NCBI GenBank assembly: GCA_934167825.1
Contig: CAKPLY010000003.1
Coordinates: 65,059-129,058, forward strand
Reading direction: 5' to 3'
Origin: an uncultured Bacilli bacterium
Lineage (GTDB): Bacteria > Bacillota_I > Bacilli_A > RF39 > UBA660
Length of the DNA stretch: 64,000 nucleotides
The notes under the pieces are model-generated. The model was given only the letters and a program-made list of their open reading frames with translations. It was not told where the DNA came from and searched no databases. The position numbers and the translations under genes are program-made. Shown in pieces: positions 1-10,576 of the stretch (the first letter of the stretch is position 1; each line of letters opens with the position of its first letter).

Positions 1-1055
1 AGAACAGTATATGCCATCATCATTAATGCTGCAGTAGGAATCATTTTCTTTGCACCTTCAATTATTCCATCTAATACATCATCAAATTTAACTTTGTAGA
101 TTATCTTAATTAATAATGTCGCAATTACTAGTGTTACTACTAAAATCATGTAGTTTCCTAGTTCTGCCCATCTACCAAATGCTTTAAATACAGTAGAAAT
201 AACACTATTATATATAGGGAAATCTTTTATTGCTAATTCTGTTAATCTTGTATGGAAATCATCAAAGCATGTAATGTTTGAAGATAATGTGTTCCATGGA
301 ACAAGACCTAATATCATAAGTACAAATAGTAATGCAATAATTACTAGCAAAGGCCAAGTTTTGACACTTTTTTCTTCACTTTTTGTTTCAGTAAACAATA
401 CATCTTCTTTGCTTTCTAATTCATATTTTACTTTTTTACCTTCTGTGTCTTTAATGTGTTTATTTACAAATAATATTGTTAATGCTACACCAATTACAAG
501 TAATGCTAATTGCGGAATGACATTTGCATATCTATCAATTCCTGTGAATGCTTCAAATGTAACTGCAGAGTATCCATAATAGTTATTTGGGTCTCTAAAT
601 GTTGTAAATAATCCACCAATAAAACCTATCATTGTAGGTACTACAGTAGCAGAAATTGCTACTAATTTATCATATCCAAGTAATAATATTATTGAAATTA
701 CAAATGGTATAAATACGAATAGTGCTGTTGTAATACCAGTACATGCTGATATTACTGCAAATAATATAATTATAGCAAATATGAATTTCTTACCTATTGG
801 TTTTGCCATTTTTGATAAATTATTTAGTAATTTTTTATATGCACTTGTCTTATTTAATACTCCATAGAATGCTCCTACTGCTAAAACAAATATTGCAGTA
901 TCCCAGAAATAATAATAGGATTGGATATAATTTGTTAATATATCTCCAAATGGAAGATAACTAACTTCTCCTGCTCTTGCTGGGATAAAATATGTTAATA
1001 CTAATATCACTAACAATATAATTCCCATAAATTTAAATATACTATGTTTTTTCAT
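1..1055 (-). CDS. Polytopic membrane transporter, YfcC/DcuC-like (5' part only; gene runs off left edge)
   Basis: Absent from the ORF track because it is open at the window edge. From ATG 1055 (GGAGG, rc of 1061-1065) the frame reads MKKHSIFKFMGIILLVILVLTYFIPA... It stays open and strongly hydrophobic to position 1. Segment order resembles YfcC-type carriers. Confidence 0.55.
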   Translation of the reverse strand, partial: MKKHSIFKFMGIILLVILVLTYFIPARAGEVSYLPFGDILTNYIQSYYYFWDTAIFVLAVGAFYGVLNKTSAYKKLLNNLSKMAKPIGKKFIFAIIILFAVISACTGITTALFVFIPFVISIILLLGYDKLVAISATVVPTMIGFIGGLFTTFRDPNNYYGYSAVTFEAFTGIDRYANVIPQLALLVIGVALTILFVNKHIKDTEGKKVKYELESKEDVLFTETKSEEKSVKTWPLLVIIALLFVLMILGLVPWNTLSSNITCFDDFHTRLTELAIKDFPIYNSVISTVFKAFGRWAELGNYMILVVTLVIATLLIKIIYKVKFDDVLDGIIEGAKKMIPTAALMMMAYTV

Positions 1056-1069
1056 ATTAACCTCCTAAA

Positions 1070-1104
1070 ATAATTATAGCACAAATAATTATAATTTGTG
1101 CTAT
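1070..1104 (-). terminator. Intrinsic terminator downstream of lysS
   Basis: Inverted repeat ATAGCACAAAT (1076-1086) / ATTTGTGCTAT (1094-1104) with a 7-nt loop. It is followed on the minus strand by AATTATTTT. Confidence 0.6.
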
Positions 1105-1128
1105 TATTTACATATTGTTAACTTTTAC

Positions 1129-2598
1129 TTAATTTTTCTTATTTTTCATTTGTGGGAATAGTACTACATCTCTTATTGATGGTTGATTAAATATTATCAT
1201 AAGTAATCTATCTATTCCAAAGCCTAAACCTGAAATTGGTGGCATACCTTGTTCCATTGCTTGTAGGAAACTCTCATCAAGTTCCATTGTTTCATCATCA
1301 CCTTGAGCCTTTGCTTTTAATTGGTCTTCAAAGTTAGATCTTTGGATAAATGGATTTACTAACTCAGAGTATGCTTTACATAATTCTGTACCACAAACTA
1401 ATACTTGGAATACATCAATTAATCTACTATCATTATCGTTTCTTCTTGCTAGTGGTATTAATACCGCTGGATAATTATATATAATTGTTGGTTCTATTAT
1501 GTTTTCTCTTATTAGTTTTTTATATGAGAAATCTATTATTTGACTTAATGATTTATAATCTTCTAAATCATCATAAGTAAATAAATGCTTTTCTACTATT
1601 TTATCTTTTAATTCTTGTGGCTCTTCTATACTTAAGAAATCAAAGCCTAATTTTTTTGTCAATTCTTCAACATAATTAATTCTATTCCAATTTTCTTTAC
1701 CAAAATCAATGACATTTCCTTGGTATTCAATAACTGGTGTACCTTTTAATTCTATTACTAAGTTTCTTATAAAGTTTTGATAAAATTTTATATTGTCTTC
1801 AAAATTCCAGTATGATGCATACCATTCTACTTGGGTAAATTCTTGTAAATGTTCTGTGTCCATTCCTTCGTTTCTAAAGCATTTAGCAACTTCGTATACT
1901 CTGTCATATCCTCCGGCAATACATTGTTTTAAGTATGTTTCTGGAGCTATTCTTAAGTTACAATCCATATCTAGAGCATTATGATGTGTATAGAATGGTT
2001 TTGCACTTGCACCACAAACGGCATTTTGTAATATTGGAGTTTCTACTTCAAGGAATCCATTTTCTCCTAAAAATCTATGGATAAAGGCATATAATTTACT
2101 TCTTCCTACAAATACTTCTCTTGATTCTGCATTCATAATTAAATCAACATATCTTTGACGATATTTTAATTCTGTATCTGTTAGTCCATGGAATTTTTCT
2201 GGTAATGGTCTTAGGGCTTTCCCTAAAAATTCAAATTTAGATACTCTTAAAGTTTTTTCTCCTGTTTGAGTAGTAAATATCTCTCCTTCTGCACCAATGA
2301 AATCTCCTGTATCTATTTGTTTTTTAAAGAATTCATAGTTTTCTTCTCCAACCATATCTATTTTTATTTCAAGTTGCATATCTGCTTCTAAATCTCTAAT
2401 ACGAATAAAACTTAATTTACCCATCTTACGCATAAATACTATTCTTCCTGCAATTTTTACATTTTTAGTACCATCTTCTAGTAATCTTGCTTCTTTTAGT
2501 CTATGTGTTCTTTCATATCTTTCTGGATATGGATTACATACTTCTTTAATTTTTTCTAATTTTTCAATTCTTACTAATTCTTGTTCTGTTCTTTCCAT
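1129..2598 (-). CDS. lysS: Lysine--tRNA ligase (class II)
   Basis: 489 aa. N-terminal OB-fold region (KIAGRIVFMRKMGKLSFIRIRD) and class II catalytic core (FLEVETPILQ, FRNEG, GLGFGIDRL). Confidence 0.95.
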   Translation of the reverse strand: MERTEQELVRIEKLEKIKEVCNPYPERYERTHRLKEARLLEDGTKNVKIAGRIVFMRKMGKLSFIRIRDLEADMQLEIKIDMVGEENYEFFKKQIDTGDFIGAEGEIFTTQTGEKTLRVSKFEFLGKALRPLPEKFHGLTDTELKYRQRYVDLIMNAESREVFVGRSKLYAFIHRFLGENGFLEVETPILQNAVCGASAKPFYTHHNALDMDCNLRIAPETYLKQCIAGGYDRVYEVAKCFRNEGMDTEHLQEFTQVEWYASYWNFEDNIKFYQNFIRNLVIELKGTPVIEYQGNVIDFGKENWNRINYVEELTKKLGFDFLSIEEPQELKDKIVEKHLFTYDDLEDYKSLSQIIDFSYKKLIRENIIEPTIIYNYPAVLIPLARRNDNDSRLIDVFQVLVCGTELCKAYSELVNPFIQRSNFEDQLKAKAQGDDETMELDESFLQAMEQGMPPISGLGFGIDRLLMIIFNQPSIRDVVLFPQMKNKKN

Positions 2599-2606
2599 TT
2601 TTTCAC

Positions 2607-3197
2607 CTATTCTTCTACTACTTTTGTATTTGCCATCATATCGTGTAGTCCTATTTTATCTTTTCTATATAAAATAAATAATGCACTTGCAAAAGCAAAT
2701 ATTGTTTCAACTGATGATATTAATAAATATCCTAAATAGTAATTATCTTTATTCAATATATATAGTATTAATATACCAAGTATCCCACTTAAAATACTAT
2801 CTACAATTAAAGTTCGTTTTATTATTGCATTTAAACTTGGTGATGAACCATTTTCTGTAACTTTTATTTTAAATATTTTCTTACCTATAGTTTGACCATT
2901 CATCTTATATTGAAATACTATAAAGTATGAAATTGTTAATACTACTTGTATACCTGTTACTATAATGTTAGATTTATTCATATTGTATAATATACTTGAT
3001 GAAGATTTTATATATTCTTTATAATTTTCTATAGTCATTTCACTTTCTTGATATTCTTTAGTTAGTTTTGTATATTCTTCACTATATTCTTTATAGTTAT
3101 CATTTGGTATTGCAAGTGATATAAGTGATACTACAAAAGTTATTAATATAGTGTCTACAAAATATGCTAACATTCTTTTTAAAAAACTTGCTTCCAT
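2607..3197 (-). CDS. RDD-family membrane protein
   Basis: 196 aa. N-terminal FLKRMLAYFVDTILI motif and several hydrophobic spans typical of RDD-domain proteins. Confidence 0.55.
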   Translation of the reverse strand: MEASFLKRMLAYFVDTILITFVVSLISLAIPNDNYKEYSEEYTKLTKEYQESEMTIENYKEYIKSSSSILYNMNKSNIIVTGIQVVLTISYFIVFQYKMNGQTIGKKIFKIKVTENGSSPSLNAIIKRTLIVDSILSGILGILILYILNKDNYYLGYLLISSVETIFAFASALFILYRKDKIGLHDMMANTKVVEE

Positions 3198-3216
3198 AAT
3201 TTAATCACCACCTTTA

Positions 3217-4200
3217 TTATATACTATTTTTTAAATCTTTTAAATAGTTATTTAGTATTTTTTCTAATTCTTCATATGTTTTTGCTTTAAAGCATTCATT
3301 TTTTACTTCTGTACTATTTGGTAATCCTTTTATATACCAAGATATATGTGATCTTAATTCTAAGACACTTACTTTTTCACATTTAATTTTAGATAAGTAT
3401 TCCATGTGGTGAAAGCACATATTTATTTTATCTAGATATGTTGGTTTTGGTATTATTTTTCCTTCTTCAAAATATGTTACTAATTCTTTGATTAACCAGG
3501 GGTTACCAAGACAACCTCTTCCTATCATTATTGCATCACATTTTGTGTATTCAAACATTTTCTTTGCACTTTCTATGTCTACTATATCACCATTTCCTAT
3601 TACTGGAATTGATACTGCTTCTTTTACTTGTTTTATTATATCTAAATCTGCTTTACCACTATAACCTTGGCTTCTTGTTCTTGGATGAACTGTTATAGCG
3701 CTTGCTCCTGAAGACTCTATTATTTTTGCTACTTCAACTGCATTTATGCTTTTTGAATCCCAGCCACTTCTTATTTTTACTGTTACTGGAACAGGAACCG
3801 ATTTTACTACTGCAGTTACTATTTCTTTTATTTTTTTAGGATTTTTAAGTAGTGCTGAACCTGCTTGAGATTTTACTGCTACTTTTGGTACAGGACATCC
3901 CATATTTATATCTATTATGTCTGGTTTCATTACTTTGTACACAGTTTTTGCTGCTTCTACAAAAGTTTCTACATCACTACCAAATATTTGTTGTGCAATA
4001 GGACGTTCTACTTCTTCAAAGTATAACATGTCATATGTTTTTTTACTATCATATACTAAAGCTTTATCACTTACCATTTCTGCATATATTAGTCCACAAC
4101 CCATTTCTTTGATTATTTTTCTAAAGGCACTATTACATACTCCTGCCATGGGTGCTAAAACTATATTGTTTTTTATTTCTATATTTCCTATTTTAAACAT
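3217..4200 (-). CDS. dusB: tRNA-dihydrouridine synthase
   Basis: Motifs LAPMAGV, DINMGCP and HPRTR. I prefer ATG at 4200 (AGGTGA RBS, rc of 4206-4211) over the track's GTG at 4209. Confidence 0.9.
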   Translation of the reverse strand: MFKIGNIEIKNNIVLAPMAGVCNSAFRKIIKEMGCGLIYAEMVSDKALVYDSKKTYDMLYFEEVERPIAQQIFGSDVETFVEAAKTVYKVMKPDIIDINMGCPVPKVAVKSQAGSALLKNPKKIKEIVTAVVKSVPVPVTVKIRSGWDSKSINAVEVAKIIESSGASAITVHPRTRSQGYSGKADLDIIKQVKEAVSIPVIGNGDIVDIESAKKMFEYTKCDAIMIGRGCLGNPWLIKELVTYFEEGKIIPKPTYLDKINMCFHHMEYLSKIKCEKVSVLELRSHISWYIKGLPNSTEVKNECFKAKTYEELEKILNNYLKDLKNSI

Positions 4201-4209
4201 ATAAATCAC

Positions 4210-5061
4210 CTACTTATAAAATTCATCAGGTACTTTTGAAGAAAATGTGATGATCTTGTTGGTTCTTGGATCTATTATTTCTAATGTGCTAGCATGAAGC
4301 ATTAATCTATTCGATTTTACTTTAGAACCATATTTTTTATCTCCTATAATTGGATTACCATTTTCACTTAAATGAACTCTTATTTGATTTCTTCTTCCTG
4401 TTAAGATATTTACTTTTAATAGTGTTTTATTATCCCAATTTTTTACTACACTATAATTTGTTATTGCTTCTTTACCTTTTATTTTATCTTTTGTGCTATA
4501 TACCATACCAGTTTTACTTTCTTTTAAATACGTATGAAATGTACCTTTATCTTTTAAATAACCTTCAACTACGGCATAATATATTCTTTTTTTTACTATA
4601 TTATTCCAGTCTTTTTGAAAAAGATTTTTTGTTTTTTCATTTTTGGCAAACATTAATACTCCTGAAGTTTCTTCATCAAGTCTATGTATTACAAACAAAA
4701 ATATTTTGGGATTATTTTTTCTTACATATTCTCTTACAAGTTTAAATGCTGTTAATTCTTGTTCTTTTGAGTTTGAAATAGATAAAAGACCATTTGGTTT
4801 ATTAATTACTATTATATCTTTATCTTCATATATAATATCTATATTGTAATTAGTTATTACTTTTCTTCCATAATCTATTTCTACTTCATCATTTTTATTT
4901 AATATGTATGAAGAATTATTAATTATTTTGTTATTTACTTTGATATTATTATATTTTATATATTGTTTAATTTTTTTTGATGTTAAATATGGTATTTTTT
5001 CTTTGATAAAGTCTTGTAATTTAATGTTATCTTTATCTACAATATACATATTATTTTTCAT
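4210..5061 (-). CDS. RluA-family 23S rRNA pseudouridine synthase (RluD-like, S4 domain N-terminus)
   Basis: Catalytic motif HRLDEETSGVLMFAKN and GRRNQIRVH. ATG 5061 has an AAGGGA RBS; the track start at 5097 has none. Confidence 0.85.
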   Translation of the reverse strand: MKNNMYIVDKDNIKLQDFIKEKIPYLTSKKIKQYIKYNNIKVNNKIINNSSYILNKNDEVEIDYGRKVITNYNIDIIYEDKDIIVINKPNGLLSISNSKEQELTAFKLVREYVRKNNPKIFLFVIHRLDEETSGVLMFAKNEKTKNLFQKDWNNIVKKRIYYAVVEGYLKDKGTFHTYLKESKTGMVYSTKDKIKGKEAITNYSVVKNWDNKTLLKVNILTGRRNQIRVHLSENGNPIIGDKKYGSKVKSNRLMLHASTLEIIDPRTNKIITFSSKVPDEFYK

Positions 5062-5149
5062 GATAATCCCTTGCTTTCGTTTTAAATATTTTAACATATA
5101 TTTTTGATAAACACAAATATATATAGAAAAAAGTTGTCTTTTTTAACAA

Positions 5150-5584
5150 CTATTTATGGTATGTTTCATTATTTAATATTTTTATTGCGCGATATATTTG
5201 TTCTAGCAATATTAATCTAAATAATCCATGTGGAAAAGTAAATTTAGAAAAAGATAATTTATAATTAGATAAAATTTTTATTTCTTCGTGTAATCCATAT
5301 GAACCCCCAATTATAAAAGTAATATTTGGATTTGTTATGAATGTTTTATCTATTAAATTTGCAAAATCGGTACTTGATAGTTCTTTCCCCTCGATTTCTA
5401 GAGTTATAATAAAATCTTTTTTGTTTATTTTTTTTAGTATTTCTTCTTTTTCTTGGTTAATATTCGAGTCTTGTAGTTCTATTAATTCTATTTTATAATA
5501 TTTACTCAGTCTTTTTAGATAGTCATTTACTCCATCTTTTAAGTATGATTCTTTTAGTTTTCCAACACATATTATTTTTATCAT
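5150..5584 (-). CDS. rlmH: 23S rRNA (pseudouridine1915-N3)-methyltransferase RlmH (SPOUT)
   Basis: 144 aa with typical RlmH length. C-terminal GGSYG...LSFSKFTFPHGLFRLILLEQIYRA. Confidence 0.9.
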   Translation of the reverse strand: MIKIICVGKLKESYLKDGVNDYLKRLSKYYKIELIELQDSNINQEKEEILKKINKKDFIITLEIEGKELSSTDFANLIDKTFITNPNITFIIGGSYGLHEEIKILSNYKLSFSKFTFPHGLFRLILLEQIYRAIKILNNETYHK

Positions 5585-6339
5585 ATTGTTATCAACTCTG
5601 TTTCTTCATTTTGCTTTGCTATTATTATATTATTTACTTCTTTATTAGTTTCTTTTAGTTTGTCTATAAGAGTGTTATATGCCAAAAGAGGTGTATTATT
5701 TTCCTCGGATAAGTGTGCAAGTAGTATGTATTTTGTGTTATTTCCAATAAATTTTGACAAATACATAGAAGAATCATGATTTGATAAGTGACCTTTGTCA
5801 GACAAAATTCTTTTTCTTAATGCGAAGGGATAACTACTATTATTTAATAATTCTACATCATGGTTGCTTTCGAAAATATACACATCTTTATCTTCTAACA
5901 TACTATGATATTTGTTATTAATGTAACCTGTATCTGTTATGTATACTATTGATTTATTGTTACTATTTATTATATATCCTCTTGCATCTGGTGCATCATG
6001 TGATGTTTTAATCATTTCTATTTTCATATCTTTTATCAAAATAGCATCTGTATTTATTAATTCATAATTTTCAACATATGGCAAATCGCTTAGCATTTTT
6101 TCGGTCAAATATACTTTTATATTATATTTATGCAGGAATACTTTTAAACCACTTATATGGTCTTTATGTGTGTGTGTTATAAATATGGCATCTAGTTCAT
6201 TTGGATTTATATTTATACTTTTTAACTTTTCGCAAACATATTTACAAGTATTCCCACAGTCAATTAATATTTTTGTTTCATTAGTGGATATGAAGGTTGT
6301 GTTCCCTTTACTACCACTTGATAATACTTCGAATTTCAT
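5581..6339 (-). CDS. MBL-fold metallo-hydrolase (YycJ/WalJ-like)
   Basis: HTHKDH metal-binding motif in 252 aa. Lies upstream of rlmH, as walJ does in Bacilli. Confidence 0.8.
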   Translation of the reverse strand: MKFEVLSSGSKGNTTFISTNETKILIDCGNTCKYVCEKLKSININPNELDAIFITHTHKDHISGLKVFLHKYNIKVYLTEKMLSDLPYVENYELINTDAILIKDMKIEMIKTSHDAPDARGYIINSNNKSIVYITDTGYINNKYHSMLEDKDVYIFESNHDVELLNNSSYPFALRKRILSDKGHLSNHDSSMYLSKFIGNNTKYILLAHLSEENNTPLLAYNTLIDKLKETNKEVNNIIIAKQNEETELITI

Positions 6340-7841
6340 TAGTACAAATTATATGGGTTTATTGTATATCCACCTCTGTAAGGTATACCAATATATACTC
6401 CAAAGTGTAAGTGTGTTCCTGCATATGGATTGTAACTATTTGGTACTGGATACACATTTCCTGTGTTTCCCATTGTTCCTATTTTTTGACCTCTTGCTAC
6501 TGTTTGACCTTCTTCTACATATACATCTTTTAAATGCATATAAATTGTATAATATCCACCAATATTATGATTAATTATTAAATAATTTCCTTGTGTTTTG
6601 TTACAACTTAAAACTCCTGGTACGCAACCAATTTCTTTTTTATAGACTACCCCATTATTTGCGGCGTATATTGCTGATCCATAACCAGTTCCTGAAATAT
6701 CTAGTGCATTATGGAATGACCCCCAACGATATGCATAACCACTTGTTATAGCATAAGGTCGTTCTGTAGGCCATGCCCAGTATGATAAGTCTGCAATGCT
6801 TGGTGCGTATTTACCACCTTTAATTATTACTTTATTTATGGCAGGTTTTAATTCTGTTGAACTTACGTTAGTAGTATCTACTAGTTGTCCATTGATATAT
6901 TGTTTTTTTCTTGTTACTCTATATAACCCATTTTCACCCTCACGAGATGTTACTTGATATCCAACATATTCTGTGTCATCATATTCAATTTCAGTATCAA
7001 AACTTCTTTCTTCATCACTTACTTCGTGATAGTCTACAACTACATTTATTATTGGTTTGATTAAGCCTACTACTACTTCTTGATTTTCATATAGTAAATT
7101 GTTAACACTTGTAAACTCAGGATTTGCTATTAAAAATTCTTGTACGTTTAACTTGTTTCTTGTTGCAACATCTTCGATTGTATCTCCTAATTTTACTTTA
7201 TATGTTTCTTGATTTTCTGTTGTTCCATATAACAAGTATTTTGCAACTTCATCTACATCTGTAAATATTTTCTCTTCGGTTGAGATTAGAGTTTCTTTGT
7301 ATGTAATTTTTTCTTTTACATCTATGTTTTCTATTATACTTCCTGTTTCTGTTATTTCTTTCTGATTGGAAGTTATGTAATCATTGTATTCATCTACATT
7401 TATAAATGCTTTCATAGTATTAGTAAGTGCTTTGTCAAAAATATCTTTTGATAATACATACATTTTTAAATCTTTATCATCATTTTTTATTGTTATTTGA
7501 ACACCTTTTACTGTGAATTTTTTTTGTTTTATTATTTCATTATATATTTGCTCGTTAGTTCTTATTTTTGGCTGATATGTTATTTCTTCTTTTATTTCTA
7601 CGCCATTTGGAGGATATACACTATCTACTTTGTATTTGTTTTTTATTTCTTCTTCTTTTTGATTAATATATTTAGAGAATTCATCTTGGTCTTCGATCGA
7701 ACCAATTATTTTTCCATCTAAGTATACGTTGTATATTTTATAACTAACATTGTTATCCATCTTATTAAATCCAAGTAAAAAAACTGAAAGTGATATCAAT
7801 ACTAGTACTATTATTAATGATGTACTCCACTTATTTCGCAT
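6339..7841 (-). CDS. Membrane-anchored peptidoglycan metalloendopeptidase (LysM + G5-like + M23)
   Basis: N-terminal TM. LysM-like YKVKLGDTIEDVATRNKLNVQEFL. G5-like segment ending KVIIKG. M23 motifs HNALDISG and GTHLHFGVY. Confidence 0.8.
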   Translation of the reverse strand: MRNKWSTSLIIVLVLISLSVFLLGFNKMDNNVSYKIYNVYLDGKIIGSIEDQDEFSKYINQKEEEIKNKYKVDSVYPPNGVEIKEEITYQPKIRTNEQIYNEIIKQKKFTVKGVQITIKNDDKDLKMYVLSKDIFDKALTNTMKAFINVDEYNDYITSNQKEITETGSIIENIDVKEKITYKETLISTEEKIFTDVDEVAKYLLYGTTENQETYKVKLGDTIEDVATRNKLNVQEFLIANPEFTSVNNLLYENQEVVVGLIKPIINVVVDYHEVSDEERSFDTEIEYDDTEYVGYQVTSREGENGLYRVTRKKQYINGQLVDTTNVSSTELKPAINKVIIKGGKYAPSIADLSYWAWPTERPYAITSGYAYRWGSFHNALDISGTGYGSAIYAANNGVVYKKEIGCVPGVLSCNKTQGNYLIINHNIGGYYTIYMHLKDVYVEEGQTVARGQKIGTMGNTGNVYPVPNSYNPYAGTHLHFGVYIGIPYRGGYTINPYNLY

Positions 7842-9192
7842 CCTTGTTTCCTTCCTTCTTTAACGATAAAAATGTTGACGTTCTTTTTTTGAATAATAAA
7901 TCTATTGTATCTGTTGGACCATTTCTGTGTTTTAATATTATTAACTGAATTGGTACAGGCAATTCATCACCTTGTGGTACTTCAACGCTTGGTGCATGAA
8001 GTGCTGCAACGATGTCAGCATCTTGTTCTATTGAACCAGATTCTCTTAAGTCACTTAAAACTGGTTTTTTATCTTCTCTTTTTTCTACACTTCTAGATAA
8101 TTGTGATAATGCTATTACCGGTACTTCTAATTCTAGTGCTAGCATTTTTAAACTTCTTGATATTTCAGATATTTCTTGTTGTCTATTTCCTGCATATTTT
8201 GCTGATGAATCAATTAATTGCAAATAGTCTATTATTACAAGTCCAAGTCCTTCACCTTGAGTTGATAATCTACGACATTTTGCTTTTATTTCACTTGCTG
8301 TTACTCCGCCAGCATCATGAAAATATATATTAGTATTACCTAATTGACTTATTGCTTCATCAAATCTTCGCCAATCTTCATTTTCCATTTTTCCTGATTT
8401 TAATTTAGAGTTATCTATTTGTCCTACTGAACTTATCATTCTTAAGATTAATTGCTCTGCAGGCATTTCTAGTGAGAAGAAAGCAACGTTTTTCTTTGTA
8501 CTTCTAGCTGCTGCTGTAGCAATATTTAATGCGAAGGCTGTTTTACCTACGGCAGGACGTGCTGCAATTATTATTAATTGCGTTGGATGTAAACCTTCGG
8601 TTATTTTATCTAAATCAAGTAAGCCTGTAGTAAGTCCTGTTACTTTTCCATGATTTTCTACTAAATATTGTAAATCTTGTTGTGCTTTTGTTAATACATC
8701 TTGTACTTTTCTAAATTCACTTGTTCTTCTTGATTTTGCTACATTTAATATATTTTGTTCTGCAAGTTCTACTGCACTAGACACATCAAGATTTGGATTA
8801 TTGGCATTAGTAATTATCTTTGTTGCTTCTTCAATCATTCTTCTTAATGTATATTTTTCTGCAACTTGTTTGATATAGTAATCAATATTTGCTCCAGTTG
8901 CTACACTTTCTATAAGTTCACTTAAATATTCTACTCCACCTACTTTATCTAGTATGTTTCTTGCTACTAACTCAGAAGTTAATGTACTTATATCAACTGT
9001 TTGTTTATTGTCATATAAATCTTTTATTACTTCGAATATTAAACCATTTGCACATTCTCCCTTGTTAAAAAACATTTCTTTGTCAATTTCTTCACAGGCT
9101 TTTTGAAGAGATGCATAGGACCAAAAGACTGATCCAAGCAAACATTTTTCTGCTTCTATATTATGTGGAAGCCCTTTGTCCATATTGCTCAC
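7831..9192 (-). CDS. dnaB: Replicative DNA helicase
   Basis: PHNIEAEKCLLGS N-terminus. Walker A ARPAVGKTAFALN, Walker B VIIDYLQL, and LSQLSR. Confidence 0.95.
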   Translation of the reverse strand: MSNMDKGLPHNIEAEKCLLGSVFWSYASLQKACEEIDKEMFFNKGECANGLIFEVIKDLYDNKQTVDISTLTSELVARNILDKVGGVEYLSELIESVATGANIDYYIKQVAEKYTLRRMIEEATKIITNANNPNLDVSSAVELAEQNILNVAKSRRTSEFRKVQDVLTKAQQDLQYLVENHGKVTGLTTGLLDLDKITEGLHPTQLIIIAARPAVGKTAFALNIATAAARSTKKNVAFFSLEMPAEQLILRMISSVGQIDNSKLKSGKMENEDWRRFDEAISQLGNTNIYFHDAGGVTASEIKAKCRRLSTQGEGLGLVIIDYLQLIDSSAKYAGNRQQEISEISRSLKMLALELEVPVIALSQLSRSVEKREDKKPVLSDLRESGSIEQDADIVAALHAPSVEVPQGDELPVPIQLIILKHRNGPTDTIDLLFKKRTSTFLSLKKEGNKDAK

Positions 9193-9636
9193 CTACTTTT
9201 CTTTTAAAATTACTTTTAGTTCTGCTACTACACCTTTATATAATTCAATATTAACTATATGTGTTCCTACGGAATTTAATTGTGTATCTAGCGATATTTT
9301 TTTCTTATCTATTTCGTAACCTTTCTCACTAAGTTTTTCTACTATTTGCTTTGAAGATATGTTACCAAATATTTTGCCATTTGATCCTTCTTTTACTTCA
9401 AATGTAATAATAATATTTTCAAGTTTGTTTTTCATTATTGTTGCATTTTTTATGTTTTCTGCTTCTTTTATTTTTTTATTTTCAATATCTTGATTTAATC
9501 TATCTAGTGATGTTTTGGTATATTTAACTGCATATCCATTTTTTATTAGATAGTTTGTGGCATATCCATCGCTTACATCTTTAATATCATTTATTTTTCC
9601 TTGACCTTTTAAATTTTTTATAAAAATTACTTTCAT
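9193..9636 (-). CDS. rplI: 50S ribosomal protein L9
   Basis: MKVIFIKNLKGQGK... from ATG 9636, preceded by AGGTGGGG. Conserved rplI-dnaB pairing. Confidence 0.93.
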   Translation of the reverse strand: MKVIFIKNLKGQGKINDIKDVSDGYATNYLIKNGYAVKYTKTSLDRLNQDIENKKIKEAENIKNATIMKNKLENIIITFEVKEGSNGKIFGNISSKQIVEKLSEKGYEIDKKKISLDTQLNSVGTHIVNIELYKGVVAELKVILKEK

Positions 9637-9784
9637 TTTAATCCCCACCTTCTTGGTATTTATTATATCATGTATAAAGTAAAAAGTAAATTATATGATT
9701 ATTATTTTATGTTGCATTTTTAGTTTGCTAGTTAAAAATTTCTAATACTATTAATTTTTGTTGTGTATATTATCTAAATATAAT

Positions 9785-9812
9785 AAAATGCAGACATGAT
9801 GTCTGCATTTTA
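9785..9812 (-). terminator. Intrinsic terminator after the SDR gene
   Basis: Near-perfect palindrome AAAATGCAGACAT G ATGTCTGCATTTT (stem 9788-9797 / 9799-9808) flanked by A/T runs. Confidence 0.7.
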
Positions 9813-9813
9813 A

Positions 9814-10554
9814 TTATACTCTTTCTTGAATAGTAGAATTTATATCAAGTATTAATTTAACTGGTATTACTTTTGTTAAGATTTTATTTAATTTCATGTT
9901 TTCTGGTACTATGATTAGTTTATCTTTAAACATATTATCTATTGCATATTTTGCTGCATATTTACTACTTATAGATTTTATATTAAATTTAACATCTGCG
10001 ACATTATTAAAGTTTGTGTTTACCGGTCCTGGAGTGAATATAGAAATTTTTACGTTAGATTTTTCTTTTTTTAATTCTTCGTATATTGCTAAAGACAAAC
10101 TTGTGACATAGTTTTTTGTTGCATAATATGTTGCCATATTCGGTCCGGGCATAAATCCCGCCATTGAAGAAACATTTAGTATTCTTCCATAATCTCTTTC
10201 TACAAAGTCTTTTAAAAATAATTTTGTTAGTATATGATATGCCTTTATATTTAAGTCAATCATATTTAATTCTTTTTCTAAAGATGTTTCATAAAATTTA
10301 CCTGCATCTCCAAACCCTGCATTATTAATTAATAAATCAATGTTTTCTTTTTTTAAATCATTATATAATTTTAAACAATTATCATGTTTTGTTAAGTCTA
10401 ATGAAATAACTTTTACATTATCGTATTTTTTGTATATTTCTTCTAGATTCTTTTTATCTTTTGATACTACAAATAAATCATAACCTAAAGATAATAAATA
10501 TAAAGACATATCTTTACCTATACCAGAACTTGCCCCTGTTATCAATGCTTTCAT
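9814..10554 (-). CDS. Short-chain dehydrogenase/reductase (SDR)
   Basis: TGASSGIG cofactor motif, NNAG, and the YxxxK catalytic motif (YYATK). Confidence 0.85.
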   Translation of the reverse strand: MKALITGASSGIGKDMSLYLLSLGYDLFVVSKDKKNLEEIYKKYDNVKVISLDLTKHDNCLKLYNDLKKENIDLLINNAGFGDAGKFYETSLEKELNMIDLNIKAYHILTKLFLKDFVERDYGRILNVSSMAGFMPGPNMATYYATKNYVTSLSLAIYEELKKEKSNVKISIFTPGPVNTNFNNVADVKFNIKSISSKYAAKYAIDNMFKDKLIIVPENMKLNKILTKVIPVKLILDINSTIQERV

Positions 10555-10576
10555 ATAATCAGTTCCTTTCTATATA

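Noticed and set aside
274-579. Plus-strand 101-aa track ORF. The same reasoning covers the many other 60-190-aa ORFs lying antisense to strong genes, for example 1793-1984, 3917-4204, 4350-4745, 6170-6574, 16874-17452, 25380-25943, 40551-41003 and 60948-61295.
   Set aside because: They lie wholly inside well-supported genes on the opposite strand. Their translations are low-complexity (F/L/S/I-rich) and they lack RBSs. This is the pattern expected from antisense frames of AT-rich coding DNA.
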